DNA of 64,000 bases from an uncultured Bacteriovoracaceae bacterium (lineage in GTDB: Bacteria; Bdellovibrionota; Bacteriovoracia; Bacteriovoracales; Bacteriovoracaceae): NCBI GenBank assembly GCA_964012805.1, contig CAXGUD010000010.1, positions 48,793 to 112,792 on the forward strand. Direction: 5' to 3'. The position numbers and the translations under genes are program-made. Shown here piece by piece: positions 19,366 to 29,425 of this stretch. Below the pieces are notes generated by a model. It had not been told where the DNA came from, did no database searches, and saw nothing but the letters and a program-made list of their open reading frames with translations. Numbering within the stretch: the first letter of the stretch is position 1; every line of letters begins with the position of its first letter.

Positions 19366-20421
19366 CTAATTTTTGCAAAAATCAGTTTTAACTAATGTAT
19401 GAATATTATTTAGCTGAATAATACTACAGTCTTTGATGTTTAGATAAACATTAATTGTTTTACACTCTGTCTTTTTATTCTTATTTTTTTGCCATTTCTC
19501 ATTTGCTCGACACTTTAAATAGCTTTCTTTATCAACACAAGCCCAATGTTTCCCTTTACAATTGTAAACTAAACCTCTTCCCCTAAAAGAGTAATTAGGC
19601 GGCTCTGTATATGAGTCCTTTTTCTTTTTAATTTTTTTTATCAAAGATTCCTTTAAGATACTTGGTTTAGATACAACCATCGAAGCGGGGTTTCTTTCTT
19701 CTGGAACCACATTAGTTTTTTCCCTTTTATCTAAAGAAGTTATTTTTTCTTCTTCAATAATCTCTTGTTCTACTTTTTTTTGTTTTTTAATAATTGACTT
19801 CGGTTTTTCATTTGTCAAAAAGTCATCCCCTAAGCCAAAATCACTCCCATCTAATTCTGGACTATCCTCTTCTAAAAGGGCCATAGGGTCGTTTTTTTTA
19901 GATAAATCTTTTTTTGATTCGGGGCTCTTTACTTTTTTAACTATTGTCTTGGCTTTCCTTTTCTTCTTTTTCTTTACAAGTTTCTCACTTTTCTTAGTAA
20001 CGCCCTTTTTTTCCTTTTTTGAATCTTCTTCCCATGTTAGAAAAACATAAGCAATAACAACAAACGCAAATATTTGAATTATTTTTGATTTTTTATCTTT
20101 GGTTTTCTTTTCTTCTTCACTTAATTCATTTTTACTTTCGTCTTCATCTTCATATTCATCCTCTTCTTCATCCTCTTCCTCATCCTCATCCTCATCTTCA
20201 TCCTCGCCTTCATCCTCAACTTCATTTTCAACTTTTTTGTTATTTTTATTATTTTTTTTAGCTCTATCATCTAAATTTTCATTTTCCTCTTCTTCATATT
20301 CATCTTCTTCATATTCATCTTCTTCATATTCATCTTCTTCATATTGTTCATCATATTCCTCTTCGTCATATTCTGACTTTGAGAATTTATTCTTAATTTT
20401 TTTTATTAGAGAATCTATCAT
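19366..20421 (-). CDS. Hypothetical single-pass membrane protein with hyper-acidic N-terminus and Cys-containing C-terminal domain
   Basis: About 90-aa E/D/Y tract, TM segment IIQIFAFVVIAYVFLTW, Lys-rich linker, C-domain GLVYNCKGKHWACVD with 6 Cys. Confidence 0.75.
   Translation of the reverse strand: MIDSLIKKIKNKFSKSEYDEEEYDEQYEEDEYEEDEYEEDEYEEEENENLDDRAKKNNKNNKKVENEVEDEGEDEDEDEDEEEDEEEDEYEDEDESKNELSEEEKKTKDKKSKIIQIFAFVVIAYVFLTWEEDSKKEKKGVTKKSEKLVKKKKKRKAKTIVKKVKSPESKKDLSKKNDPMALLEEDSPELDGSDFGLGDDFLTNEKPKSIIKKQKKVEQEIIEEEKITSLDKREKTNVVPEERNPASMVVSKPSILKESLIKKIKKKKDSYTEPPNYSFRGRGLVYNCKGKHWACVDKESYLKCRANEKWQKNKNKKTECKTINVYLNIKDCSIIQLNNIHTLVKTDFCKN
20291..20345. repeat. Coding tandem repeat, 15-bp unit TCTTCATATTCATCT, about 3.7 copies (encodes EEDEY)
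   Basis: Perfect copies at 20291, 20306 and 20321, partial copy at 20336. Confidence 0.9.
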
Positions 20422-20461
20422 TAAAAACTCAACATAAATTAGTTAAGATTACAAGCGAACT

Positions 20462-21640
20462 CTATAAATAGCGTTTCGGCATCTGTACGCTATATTTTAG
20501 TACTTTACTCTGAATATAGTTAAGTTTTTCTTTTAAGGAGTTTATATTTTTTGAGGCAATAAAAAATGATGGAAATAGGCTTTCTGGAGGCGAAACAGGG
20601 ATAATACCTTCTTTTATAGTCGAATTATAAATCATACTATTAATTAAATTTATTTTATCTTCAAAACTAGAAGTAGGTTTAATTTCTTTTTGAGAAAAGA
20701 AGTACCATCCACCTACCCCACCATCAGGCAAGAATTTTTTCATAGATCTAAGGAAGAGGCCCATAGTTTTTCTATAATTAACTTCAACTAATGGATAATA
20801 TTTAATTTTTCCTTGTTCCTCGAAAAAAAATGAATCGACCTGAATATATTCTCTCGCACCAAGACTAGAGTAGTACCTTGCTATTTTTTCGATATTTTCC
20901 TCTATCAAATTCATGCTCATAAAGTCATTATCTAATTTTTTTTCAAAATCTCTTTTGTTCTCAAAAATAAGGCCTCCCTTGAATGATCCTCTTTCATTTA
21001 TAAAGTTTTTTGTTATGGAGTAATTTAAAGGGGAGCTTAAATTAATAAGTATACCTATATCCATAATTCTTTTTAAATAAGGCTCTAAAACAATTGGGGA
21101 GTCTAATAGTATTTTTTCAAGATTATTGATTTTCTTAGCATTAAAAAATTCTTTACGGTTCAAACGTAAGACTCCATTACCTGCTGTTGAATAAGCTGCC
21201 CTTACGATCCATTCAGAGGTATCTTCAGAAGGATAAAAGTTTCTTAACTCATCTATATTTTCTATTAATAAAGTCTTCGGATGACACATTTTTTCTTCTA
21301 AGGCAAAAAGGGTCGAAGTTTTTTTTGAATTTAATAGTTTTTCAAGAGGTATATTTTTTAGCTTACCCCACCAATTTAATGAGCCAGAAGAAGCCTCTTT
21401 AGTCATTTTTGGTATAGTTAAACCAAGTTTTTTCAAATATTCTAAGTAATGTGGGCAATAGTATTTATTTGTTTTTAAACAAGACTCACTATTTTCTAAA
21501 AAGAAATATATATATTCGAGCTCTTGTCTAATCTTTTCAATTTTCTTCTTTAATTCATCATTTTTATCAAATAGGCCATATAACTCATATTCATAATCTA
21601 TATTAAAAATATTCGAATTCTTACGTTCTTCCATAATCAA
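20462..21640 (-). CDS. ATP-grasp-fold protein (DUF455-associated)
   Basis: WIVRAAYSTAGNG (Gly loop), IVLEPYL, IQVDSF, PLVEVNYRKTMG (ExN metal motif). Confidence 0.7.
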   Translation of the reverse strand: MIMEERKNSNIFNIDYEYELYGLFDKNDELKKKIEKIRQELEYIYFFLENSESCLKTNKYYCPHYLEYLKKLGLTIPKMTKEASSGSLNWWGKLKNIPLEKLLNSKKTSTLFALEEKMCHPKTLLIENIDELRNFYPSEDTSEWIVRAAYSTAGNGVLRLNRKEFFNAKKINNLEKILLDSPIVLEPYLKRIMDIGILINLSSPLNYSITKNFINERGSFKGGLIFENKRDFEKKLDNDFMSMNLIEENIEKIARYYSSLGAREYIQVDSFFFEEQGKIKYYPLVEVNYRKTMGLFLRSMKKFLPDGGVGGWYFFSQKEIKPTSSFEDKINLINSMIYNSTIKEGIIPVSPPESLFPSFFIASKNINSLKEKLNYIQSKVLKYSVQMPKRYL

Positions 21641-22476
21641 ATATGATCTTTATTCCAACTCTTTCTATTAGTAACTAAAAAATCACTCCTAAAATTTTTC
21701 AATCTTAAAATAAAGTCTTCATCAATACCAGCCTTTCTTCTAGCATCATCGTTAAAAATTATTCCTTTTGCTCTCGCTGGAGTTAGTCGATCTGGTAATA
21801 AAGAGTTATAATAATCCCACGTATCCTGGTCACCACTCCATCGTTTTAACCAACTATAACCCAAACCGACATGTTTTATTTCATCATTCAAAACAATTTC
21901 TAAAATTTTTGACGTTTTAGAATCACCATATTCCTCAAAAATATTTTTATAAAACAAAGCAAAATCAAGATTTGCTGACTCTATTGTCATAGACATGAAG
22001 GATAAAAACTGGGCCGGATCTTTCAAAACCTTCATTTGCCTCCAAAAAAAATCACTAAGGGGAAAATCACCAAATTCAACCCCAGAAAGCTCTTTCATTC
22101 GGTCTATATAAAGCTTTAGATGTTTCTGCTCATCTTTTAAGCTGGATAAAACTCCCTTTTTCAATTTCAGTGTATTATCATCATCAGGATAAATTAGAAT
22201 AAATGCAGCCATCATCTCAATTGCTAACAATTCATGATTTGCAAAAAAGTGCAAAGCCATAGACCTTTTTTCTGCTTCTATGAAAGAATTTATCTTTGGA
22301 AAGCGCATTTGCTTCGAAGAAAAGCTTATCCTTCCTGCCCTTCCAGGTTTAAGAGGGCAAGTGTATTCTTTTTTATTTTGACCTTCAAAAATATTTTCTA
22401 ACTTAGGAATTACAAGAAGTTTACTATTTAGACTTTCCCCTTCTAAAATTTCCCGAGCATAATCTTTTAAATTCAT
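21637..22476 (-). CDS. Ferritin-like di-iron protein, DUF455 family
   Basis: LHFFANHELLAIE, DEQKH, IESANLD, DEIKHVGLG..W; two ExxH motifs. Confidence 0.85.
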   Translation of the reverse strand: MNLKDYAREILEGESLNSKLLVIPKLENIFEGQNKKEYTCPLKPGRAGRISFSSKQMRFPKINSFIEAEKRSMALHFFANHELLAIEMMAAFILIYPDDDNTLKLKKGVLSSLKDEQKHLKLYIDRMKELSGVEFGDFPLSDFFWRQMKVLKDPAQFLSFMSMTIESANLDFALFYKNIFEEYGDSKTSKILEIVLNDEIKHVGLGYSWLKRWSGDQDTWDYYNSLLPDRLTPARAKGIIFNDDARRKAGIDEDFILRLKNFRSDFLVTNRKSWNKDHI

Positions 22477-25118
22477 CTCTTCTTTTTTCTTCTTTTAAAA
22501 TGAGGCTTCCTTTTTCCACTTTTCCTTGAAAAGCTGGTTTCTTTTTTATTTTCAGAGGAGCCTCGAAAGCTTCGACTACCTCTAGGACGAAAACGGACTC
22601 GATTTTTATAACATTCTTCACAAATGGCAAATTTTGTATCTTGCTCCAATTGTTTTCCACAACTTGAGCAAGCTGGAACAATCTTTTCAGACAATAAGCT
22701 GTTAAGTTTAAATATTGCAGCTCCCTTATTTTCTAATAAGAGGTATTCATCAAACTCAAAGTTTTTGTTATTAAAATGCCTTGCTAACCATTGAAATAAT
22801 TCAATACATTTTATAGAAGTTTCCAGGTAGTCTATATCATTAGACTTTTCATTAATCTCTTCAAAATAAATAGTTTCTGCTCTGGCGAACTTATTTACAA
22901 TCCATAAAAAGAACTGAACATGCTCCATTAAACCAAAGTTTACAGGAGCACAACTAAATCCAAATATTTCTGTATTAGTTAAAATTCCTAAATGATCAGC
23001 TTCCTCAACCATCTCTGATAATTCTATCATTTCTTTTAAGTCAACACAGTAAAAAGGTTTTTTAAAGACCATTGTGTTGAATAATCTTAAGAACTCCGAA
23101 AGCTTGAGGCTTGGCAGACCATGACTAGCGAGTGCATTATTCACTTGAGAAAAAATATCTAAATCAGGGCCGACCATACATTTATCTTTTTGACCCAATT
23201 TAGCCTCTAATGCCTCACTTATACTCTCTAGACCATTATCAACCCTTGAGAGGCAGTTCACATATCCTGTCGGATATCTATTAAACCTTCCCGCACGACC
23301 TGAAATCTGCTTAATCTCGCTTTTAGAAATAGGGAATTCTTTAGCGTTTATATACTTTGTTAAAGTAGAGAATACGATCCTTTTTATAGGGAGGTTCATG
23401 CCCATTGCGATAGCATCAGTACTTACAATGATATCTGTTTCTCCACTATCGAACTTCCTTGCTTGCTCTCTTCTAACCTCTGGACTTAGTCTTCCATAAA
23501 CAATAGAAACCTTAAAGCCACATTTTTCTAGCTCATACTTGTACTTCAAAGCATTTCTTCTAGAGAAAACAATGAGGGCATCGCCCTTTTCTAAATCACT
23601 TACCCGTATAGGCTTTCTCTGAGGCATAAGAGTCGTCATCCTCTCATAATTTCTGACCTCCAAGGTATCCCCACAAAGGTCAACAATCTTTTGGACAAGC
23701 TTTAAAGCTGATTTATCTCCACAAACATGGATTTCTTCTGAGTTTAAGTTAACAAGGGCCCTTGTCCAAGCCCAACCTCTTTGCGAATCAGAAATCATTT
23801 GAATTTCATCAACAACACAAGCATCAAAACTGCGACCAAATTGGGCCATTTCAATAGTAGAAGAAAAATGCGTTGAATCTTTTACATTAATTACCTCTTC
23901 CCCAGTTAATAAGGAAGTTGTAACATCTTTTCCGTTCATAGTGTCGTACAGCTCAGCTGCTAACAACCTAAGCGGTGCGAGGTAGCTACCTGTCGAAGCT
24001 TCGCAAAGGGATTCAACAGCATGGTATGTTTTGCCCGAATTAGTTGGTCCACCATGATAAATAACTTTTCTATTTAGCCTTCTAGCAGGTGAGTGAATCC
24101 AGAATTCTCCTAGATAATCTCTCAAAATATTTGCAGATATATCTTGTCTTTTTAAAATCAAAATAGACTTAACTAGTTTATTGAATTCTCTGCCTAAATA
24201 GCGTTCTCCACGCCATAAATTGCTCGAGACTTGTTTGAAGAATCTGTCATATTCCTCTTCCTCAATAAGATCGTATTTAATTTTTTTTTCTTCAAGTATA
24301 CTGTTAAAATATAGCTTAACCTGTTTGGAATAATCCAAAGCAATATCAGAAGGATAATTAAACTTTTCTTTTAGAATCGACTTAAGCTGATTTTCTAGCC
24401 TATTATAAGAGCTTCTTTTTAGTTTATTTCTAGTGACCTTCAATTTATTTTCTATTTCAATTTGAAGATCGCCAAAAAGCTCACTTACGACTGGTATTCC
24501 TCGAGTAAGATTTTCTTCTATTTTTTTATAACTTTTTTCAATTTGAATAATTGATTCATCAAAAGCATAGTCCCTCATTTTTGACCTAAAGGAACCTTTA
24601 CAAGCTGGACAGGAACAAGGTAGTTCTTGCTCTTTCATTTCAAACTCAAAATCTTCACTAATTTTTTTTTGAGTTATTTGATGATCCCTGGCTTTCTTTT
24701 TCATCCAATCGGAAAAATATTCAAATCCGCTCTCTAGATTTTGTTGATCATTATCTGCTGGTTCACCTAAGTAAAGCTTTTCCTTTTCTGGAAAAAGAAA
24801 GCTTTCAATAAAGCAAACATCTAAAATATAATCCTTTTCAGTAAATTTTTGAAATGAACAAAATTCTTTTTCAAAGAAGTAAAGAAGTGAAGGATTATCT
24901 TCAAAGAATTTATGAAGCTGAAGCTGGAGTTTTTGAAGCCAGGATAAAATTAGGTCAGCAACCTCAACGGGTCTAATTTCTTCGGAGTTCTCTAAATTAT
25001 ATTTTTTCTTATAGGCCTCTCTCTCTTCAGAAAGAAACCTCTTTAATGTTTCAAAGTCAGGTAGTTCTATATCATTTGGTTTAGAAGTCATAAAAATCTT
25101 GTGTAGTTTGTTTGGCAA
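22473..25118 (-). CDS. SUV3-like SF2 RNA/DNA helicase
   Basis: GPTNSGKT, YLAPLRLLA, VVDEIQM, RGWAWTRAL, YGRLSPEVR, TDAIAMGMNL, KQISGRAGR, the diagnostic Suv3 motifs. Confidence 0.92.
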   Translation of the reverse strand: MPNKLHKIFMTSKPNDIELPDFETLKRFLSEEREAYKKKYNLENSEEIRPVEVADLILSWLQKLQLQLHKFFEDNPSLLYFFEKEFCSFQKFTEKDYILDVCFIESFLFPEKEKLYLGEPADNDQQNLESGFEYFSDWMKKKARDHQITQKKISEDFEFEMKEQELPCSCPACKGSFRSKMRDYAFDESIIQIEKSYKKIEENLTRGIPVVSELFGDLQIEIENKLKVTRNKLKRSSYNRLENQLKSILKEKFNYPSDIALDYSKQVKLYFNSILEEKKIKYDLIEEEEYDRFFKQVSSNLWRGERYLGREFNKLVKSILILKRQDISANILRDYLGEFWIHSPARRLNRKVIYHGGPTNSGKTYHAVESLCEASTGSYLAPLRLLAAELYDTMNGKDVTTSLLTGEEVINVKDSTHFSSTIEMAQFGRSFDACVVDEIQMISDSQRGWAWTRALVNLNSEEIHVCGDKSALKLVQKIVDLCGDTLEVRNYERMTTLMPQRKPIRVSDLEKGDALIVFSRRNALKYKYELEKCGFKVSIVYGRLSPEVRREQARKFDSGETDIIVSTDAIAMGMNLPIKRIVFSTLTKYINAKEFPISKSEIKQISGRAGRFNRYPTGYVNCLSRVDNGLESISEALEAKLGQKDKCMVGPDLDIFSQVNNALASHGLPSLKLSEFLRLFNTMVFKKPFYCVDLKEMIELSEMVEEADHLGILTNTEIFGFSCAPVNFGLMEHVQFFLWIVNKFARAETIYFEEINEKSNDIDYLETSIKCIELFQWLARHFNNKNFEFDEYLLLENKGAAIFKLNSLLSEKIVPACSSCGKQLEQDTKFAICEECYKNRVRFRPRGSRSFRGSSENKKETSFSRKSGKRKPHFKRRKKKR

Positions 25119-25183
25119 TATATAACCTTATCCAAACTATAATGCCAAACAAACTTTTAAAACGTAATGAAAGTAAATAAATT

Positions 25184-26431
25184 TTATTTTGCCATTTCTA
25201 TTAAATACGACAATCCCAACTTTGCAAAATGAGAAGCATGACTGGCGCTATTTCTTGAAACAGATATTGTGTCGTTTGCCGTATGAATTTTTTTATTCAT
25301 ATCGTTTTTCCTTGCCTCAAAAGGTATTGAAGCTGGAAAACCCTGAGCTGTCCATGATGCATGATCAGAACAAGCATATCCACAACTATCATACCCCCAA
25401 GAAACCTTAACATATTCATCAATTAAGTTTCCTATAAAGCGATTTTGATCAGCGTTCGTGAAATCATCCATCATAACAATATCTAAATCCGATCCTTTAA
25501 AATTTGTCATATCAAGCTGCATGACTCCAACAACATTTTGGTTAGTTTCCTTCATTTTATTAGCAATATCCTTAGAACCCAAAAGTCCTACTTCCTCAGC
25601 AGCATAGGCCATGAACTTAATAGTTCTTTTTGGTCTATAACTGCCTTCCACTAAAAGTCTAAGGATTTCAGTGATAGTACCCATTCCGGAAGCATTATCA
25701 TCGGCTCCTGGGGCCCTAGCTCGAATTCTTCCCCACCAACCAGCTATACTATCAGCATGCCCTCCAATAACAACAATTTCTTGAGGTTTTTCTGTTCCTT
25801 CAATTGTTAGAATAATAGAGGGCTGCTTCCAAGAGTGATTAAAAAACTCTACCTTTATATCTGATCTTCCTTGAGTAATTTCTTGCCACTTTCCTTTTAA
25901 CCACTCCTGAGATTGGTAACCCGTTTCACTCTGATAATATCGGTTGTGAAATGTTGTCAATTTTTCAATAACTTCTAAAATCTTTTTTTCATTAACGAGC
26001 TCAAGCAAGGGTCTAATTCTTTCTTGCTGATTTATTTCAAAATTTTCGAAATTACCCTTCTCAATTAAGGAGTATTCTTCACCTTTATTTAAGAAGTCCT
26101 TTCCCTCACTATAATTTTCATGTAAAAAATAGCCACCACAACGATTAAAGTTTCTATGCATTATAGATGATAGAGAGGACAGAACACTTTCATCAACCTT
26201 AAGTAGACTAACACCATCTCGTGATTCTATCTCTTCTATTCCATCTCCTATACTTTTTTGGGAAAGGTCTAAAGAATTCTCATCTATAGTAATCCACTTA
26301 TAATTTGGCTTTGAAGCCTCTGAATTCGTTGAGCCAATGACAAAGGATATAAAAAAACTTAAAAGTACAATACAGCCCATAAAAATATTTGAGTTTCTAC
26401 GGATGTTCTTTTTTCTTTTTTTAATAGTCAT
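25184..26431 (-). CDS. Secreted M28-family leucyl aminopeptidase (Vibrio/Aeromonas type)
   Basis: RCGGY propeptide, GGHADS, APGADDNASG, AAEEVGL, QLDMT, CGYACSDHASW, IHT. Confidence 0.92.
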   Translation of the reverse strand: MTIKKRKKNIRRNSNIFMGCIVLLSFFISFVIGSTNSEASKPNYKWITIDENSLDLSQKSIGDGIEEIESRDGVSLLKVDESVLSSLSSIMHRNFNRCGGYFLHENYSEGKDFLNKGEEYSLIEKGNFENFEINQQERIRPLLELVNEKKILEVIEKLTTFHNRYYQSETGYQSQEWLKGKWQEITQGRSDIKVEFFNHSWKQPSIILTIEGTEKPQEIVVIGGHADSIAGWWGRIRARAPGADDNASGMGTITEILRLLVEGSYRPKRTIKFMAYAAEEVGLLGSKDIANKMKETNQNVVGVMQLDMTNFKGSDLDIVMMDDFTNADQNRFIGNLIDEYVKVSWGYDSCGYACSDHASWTAQGFPASIPFEARKNDMNKKIHTANDTISVSRNSASHASHFAKLGLSYLIEMAK

Positions 26432-26588
26432 TGGCCCTCCGATGGCTAATTCTTTTAATACACGAGCATTAGTTTATCAGATGATTTTCATTATGATGCT
26501 CTATGAAATCTCAAATAATCTTACTCCTCTTTTCAAAAGAAGCGAATGCCTTAATCAATAAAGATCTCAGAGGCTAATAAGGAAGAAT

Positions 26589-28625
26589 TTACCTCTTCAA
26601 ACCACCTCTCTTTAACAAAGCATCAGGGGTAGGCTCTTTTCCTCTAAACCTTTTATACAAAACCATTGGGTGCTCTGCTCCTCCCATAGATAAGATATTT
26701 TCCTGGAAAGACTTTGCTACCTCTCTATCAAAAATCCCCTTTTCCTTAAAAAGCTCAAATGCATCCGCATCAAGGATTTCTGCCCATTTGTAACTATAAT
26801 AACCAGCCGAATATCCCCCATTAAAGATATGGGAAAAAGCGCAACTTATATTTGTACCTTCGACATGGGGTAAGAGTAATGTGTCCTTCAACACGCCTCT
26901 TTCAAATTCACCAACATCCTTAACAGATTCTGGATCTTGGTTATGCCAAGCCATATCTAACATTGCAAAAGAGACTTGCCGTAATGTATTTCTTCCTTCA
27001 TGGAAATTCGAACTTTCTTTAATTTTTTGAACGACTTCAAAAGGAATTTTTTCTCCTGTTTCAAAATGGGAAGCAAATAGGTCTAAACACTCTTTTTCAA
27101 AAGCCCAGTTTTCAAATATTTGAGATGGTAACTCTACAAAATCCCAATATACATTTGTCCCTGAAAGACTTTCATACTTACCATTTGCTAATATTCCGTG
27201 AAGTGAATGACCAAACTCGTGAAAAAATGTCAGTACTTCACCAAAGGTCAACAAAGATGGTTTTGTCTCCGTCGGTTTCGTAAAATTACAAACGATGGCT
27301 ACATGAGGACGGTGATCAGCGTTTCCCTCTTTATACTGACCTTTAAAATTAGTCATCCAAGCTCCACCTCTTTTACCCTGTCTTGGAAAAAAATCAGCGT
27401 AGAACAAGCCTAAAAACTCACCAGATTCTTTTTTTACTTCATAAACTTTAACATCAGGATGATAAGTTGGAAGGTTTGTTAAAGGTTTATATGACAAGCC
27501 ATACAGCTTTTTAACAACTTCAAAAACACCATCAATTACTTTTTCAAGAGAAAAATAAGGTTTAAGAACTTCGTCATCAATATCGAATTTTTCTTTTCTT
27601 AACTTTTCTTGATAGAATGCATAGTCCCAAGCCTGAAGCTCTTCCGGCCCTTTTAACTTTTTAGAAAACGCCATTAACTCTTCCATTTCTGAGTTTCCAA
27701 CAGGCTTTGCACTTTCTAAAAGAGTCTTAATTAACTCCCTTACACTTTCTGGTTTTTTTGCCATTCTTTCTTCTAATATGAACTCGGCATGGGTCTTATA
27801 GCCCAATAGGTTGGCTCTTTTATGCCTCAACACAGCTAACTCTTTTACAATTTTCCTATTATCATTTTTCCCATCTTTAAAACAGCGAGACATAAAAACT
27901 TTATACAATTGTTCCCTTAAATCTCTTCTTTCTGAGTGAGTCATAAAAGGAATATAGCTAGGGTAATCAAGAGTAAAAAGGTAGCTTCCTTCCTCTAAAC
28001 CTTTCTCCTTCGCAGCGAGAGATGCCGCCTCTAAAAGAAACTCTGGCAGTCCAACAATATCCTCAGACTTCCTAAGGACTAATTCAAAACTATTGGTCTC
28101 ATCTAAAAGGTGATCACCGAACTCAATTGAAAGATCTCCCATTCTTCTATCAATTTTTCTTAACTCTTCTTTCTCTTCCTCGCTAAGGTTTGCTCCATTT
28201 CTTACGAAGCTTTTATAATATTTTTCAAGCAACTTTAAATCTTCACCACTAAGTTCTGACGAATCTAAGTTCTTATAAACCTTATTTACTTTTTCAAAAA
28301 TTCTTTGATCAAGGCTTAGGTCATTGTGAAAGCCAATGGAAAGTGCAGAAATTTCCTTTGCAATGTTTTGCATTTCTTCACTAGACTTTACTGAATGCAA
28401 ATTAAAAAAGATACCACTAACAAAATCAACTTCAGATTGCACCTTCTCTAAAAACTCAATTGTATTTTTAAAAGTGGGTTCATCTTTAGAAGACTTCATT
28501 TCTTCAATGGAACTATTTGCTTTATCAATAACCTCTTTCAAAGCAGGGATAAAATTATCAACCTTTATTTTATCAAAAGGAATAGCGCCAAATTGTAAAT
28601 TATTTTTTTCTAAAAGAGGATTCAT
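26589..28625 (-). CDS. M3-family metallopeptidase (peptidyl-dipeptidase Dcp / oligopeptidase A)
   Basis: FFHEFGHSLH zinc motif, GKRGGAWM, DFVELPSQ, FSHIF.GGYSAGYYSYKWAE. Confidence 0.95.
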   Translation of the reverse strand: MNPLLEKNNLQFGAIPFDKIKVDNFIPALKEVIDKANSSIEEMKSSKDEPTFKNTIEFLEKVQSEVDFVSGIFFNLHSVKSSEEMQNIAKEISALSIGFHNDLSLDQRIFEKVNKVYKNLDSSELSGEDLKLLEKYYKSFVRNGANLSEEEKEELRKIDRRMGDLSIEFGDHLLDETNSFELVLRKSEDIVGLPEFLLEAASLAAKEKGLEEGSYLFTLDYPSYIPFMTHSERRDLREQLYKVFMSRCFKDGKNDNRKIVKELAVLRHKRANLLGYKTHAEFILEERMAKKPESVRELIKTLLESAKPVGNSEMEELMAFSKKLKGPEELQAWDYAFYQEKLRKEKFDIDDEVLKPYFSLEKVIDGVFEVVKKLYGLSYKPLTNLPTYHPDVKVYEVKKESGEFLGLFYADFFPRQGKRGGAWMTNFKGQYKEGNADHRPHVAIVCNFTKPTETKPSLLTFGEVLTFFHEFGHSLHGILANGKYESLSGTNVYWDFVELPSQIFENWAFEKECLDLFASHFETGEKIPFEVVQKIKESSNFHEGRNTLRQVSFAMLDMAWHNQDPESVKDVGEFERGVLKDTLLLPHVEGTNISCAFSHIFNGGYSAGYYSYKWAEILDADAFELFKEKGIFDREVAKSFQENILSMGGAEHPMVLYKRFRGKEPTPDALLKRGGLKR

Positions 28626-28709
28626 ATTAGTCTCTCCAAAAGCGATTATTAAATTTTGTTGAATCTTTTAACACAGTAAAAAAAGGGAGGAAAGGCTGAA
28701 AAAATCTAA

Positions 28710-29249
28710 TTACGAAGGAAGATGTTTATCACCCATTTGGTTTTCAACAAAGTCTTGAGCATTATTAAAGTCGCATAGATTTAAACTAGTCTCAAAGACA
28801 GCTTTATGATTCATATTTTCGACGCCCTTCTCATCGCAACATGACACAAGTTTTTTCATAAAATCAAAAAACTTTGTATTAGTTTCAGAGCTCATTAAGT
28901 GCTCCATCAGACAACTATCTTTTTCAGCGACTTCTTCGCTCACACCTACGAAATCCTTGAGAAAGTAATAAAGAAGGGTTCGAGATGATAATATTTTATG
29001 AACTTCCTTATGGCCCAATTCAGTTAGGTTTAGAAACTTACAGTCTTCTTCTTCTAAAACAAGGTTCCTTTTCTTCAAGTTATTTAAGGCAGTTGAGACA
29101 CTTCCTTTCGTGAGCCCCAAATCTTTTGCAATGTCGGTGACTCTAGCAAAGCCACGACCTTCTTTAAGTTTGTGTATTGTAAGGAGGTAATGAACCATTG
29201 AATGGGAAAGCTCTGAGTCTTTATGCATCTGTATTTTATTCCTTTTCAC
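28710..29249 (-). CDS. DtxR/MntR-family metal-dependent transcriptional regulator
   Basis: YLLTI..L, ARVTDIA..LG.TKGSVS.AL..L HTH, LTELG, SCLMEHLMS. Confidence 0.88.
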   Translation of the reverse strand: MKRNKIQMHKDSELSHSMVHYLLTIHKLKEGRGFARVTDIAKDLGLTKGSVSTALNNLKKRNLVLEEEDCKFLNLTELGHKEVHKILSSRTLLYYFLKDFVGVSEEVAEKDSCLMEHLMSSETNTKFFDFMKKLVSCCDEKGVENMNHKAVFETSLNLCDFNNAQDFVENQMGDKHLPS

Positions 29250-29425
29250 GATTTACCCTTACTAATCAGCATGAAACACTGATGTCAAACTAAAAAGGTT
29301 CCTATTTCATGGCCACTTAAACCTAAAAAACAAAGCTTAATAATAAACTTTATTTATTTGGGGTTATTTTCCCCATCGGAGCCTATAATTAACCATGTTA
29401 AAATAGCCTATATCAGAGGCTAAAC

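Noticed and set aside
20291..20345. CRISPR-like repeat array
   Set aside because: Contiguous 15-bp coding tandem repeat without spacers, and no cas genes in the window
20099..20437. Poly-serine ORF on the plus strand
   Set aside because: Antisense shadow of the Glu/Asp tract of 19366-20421
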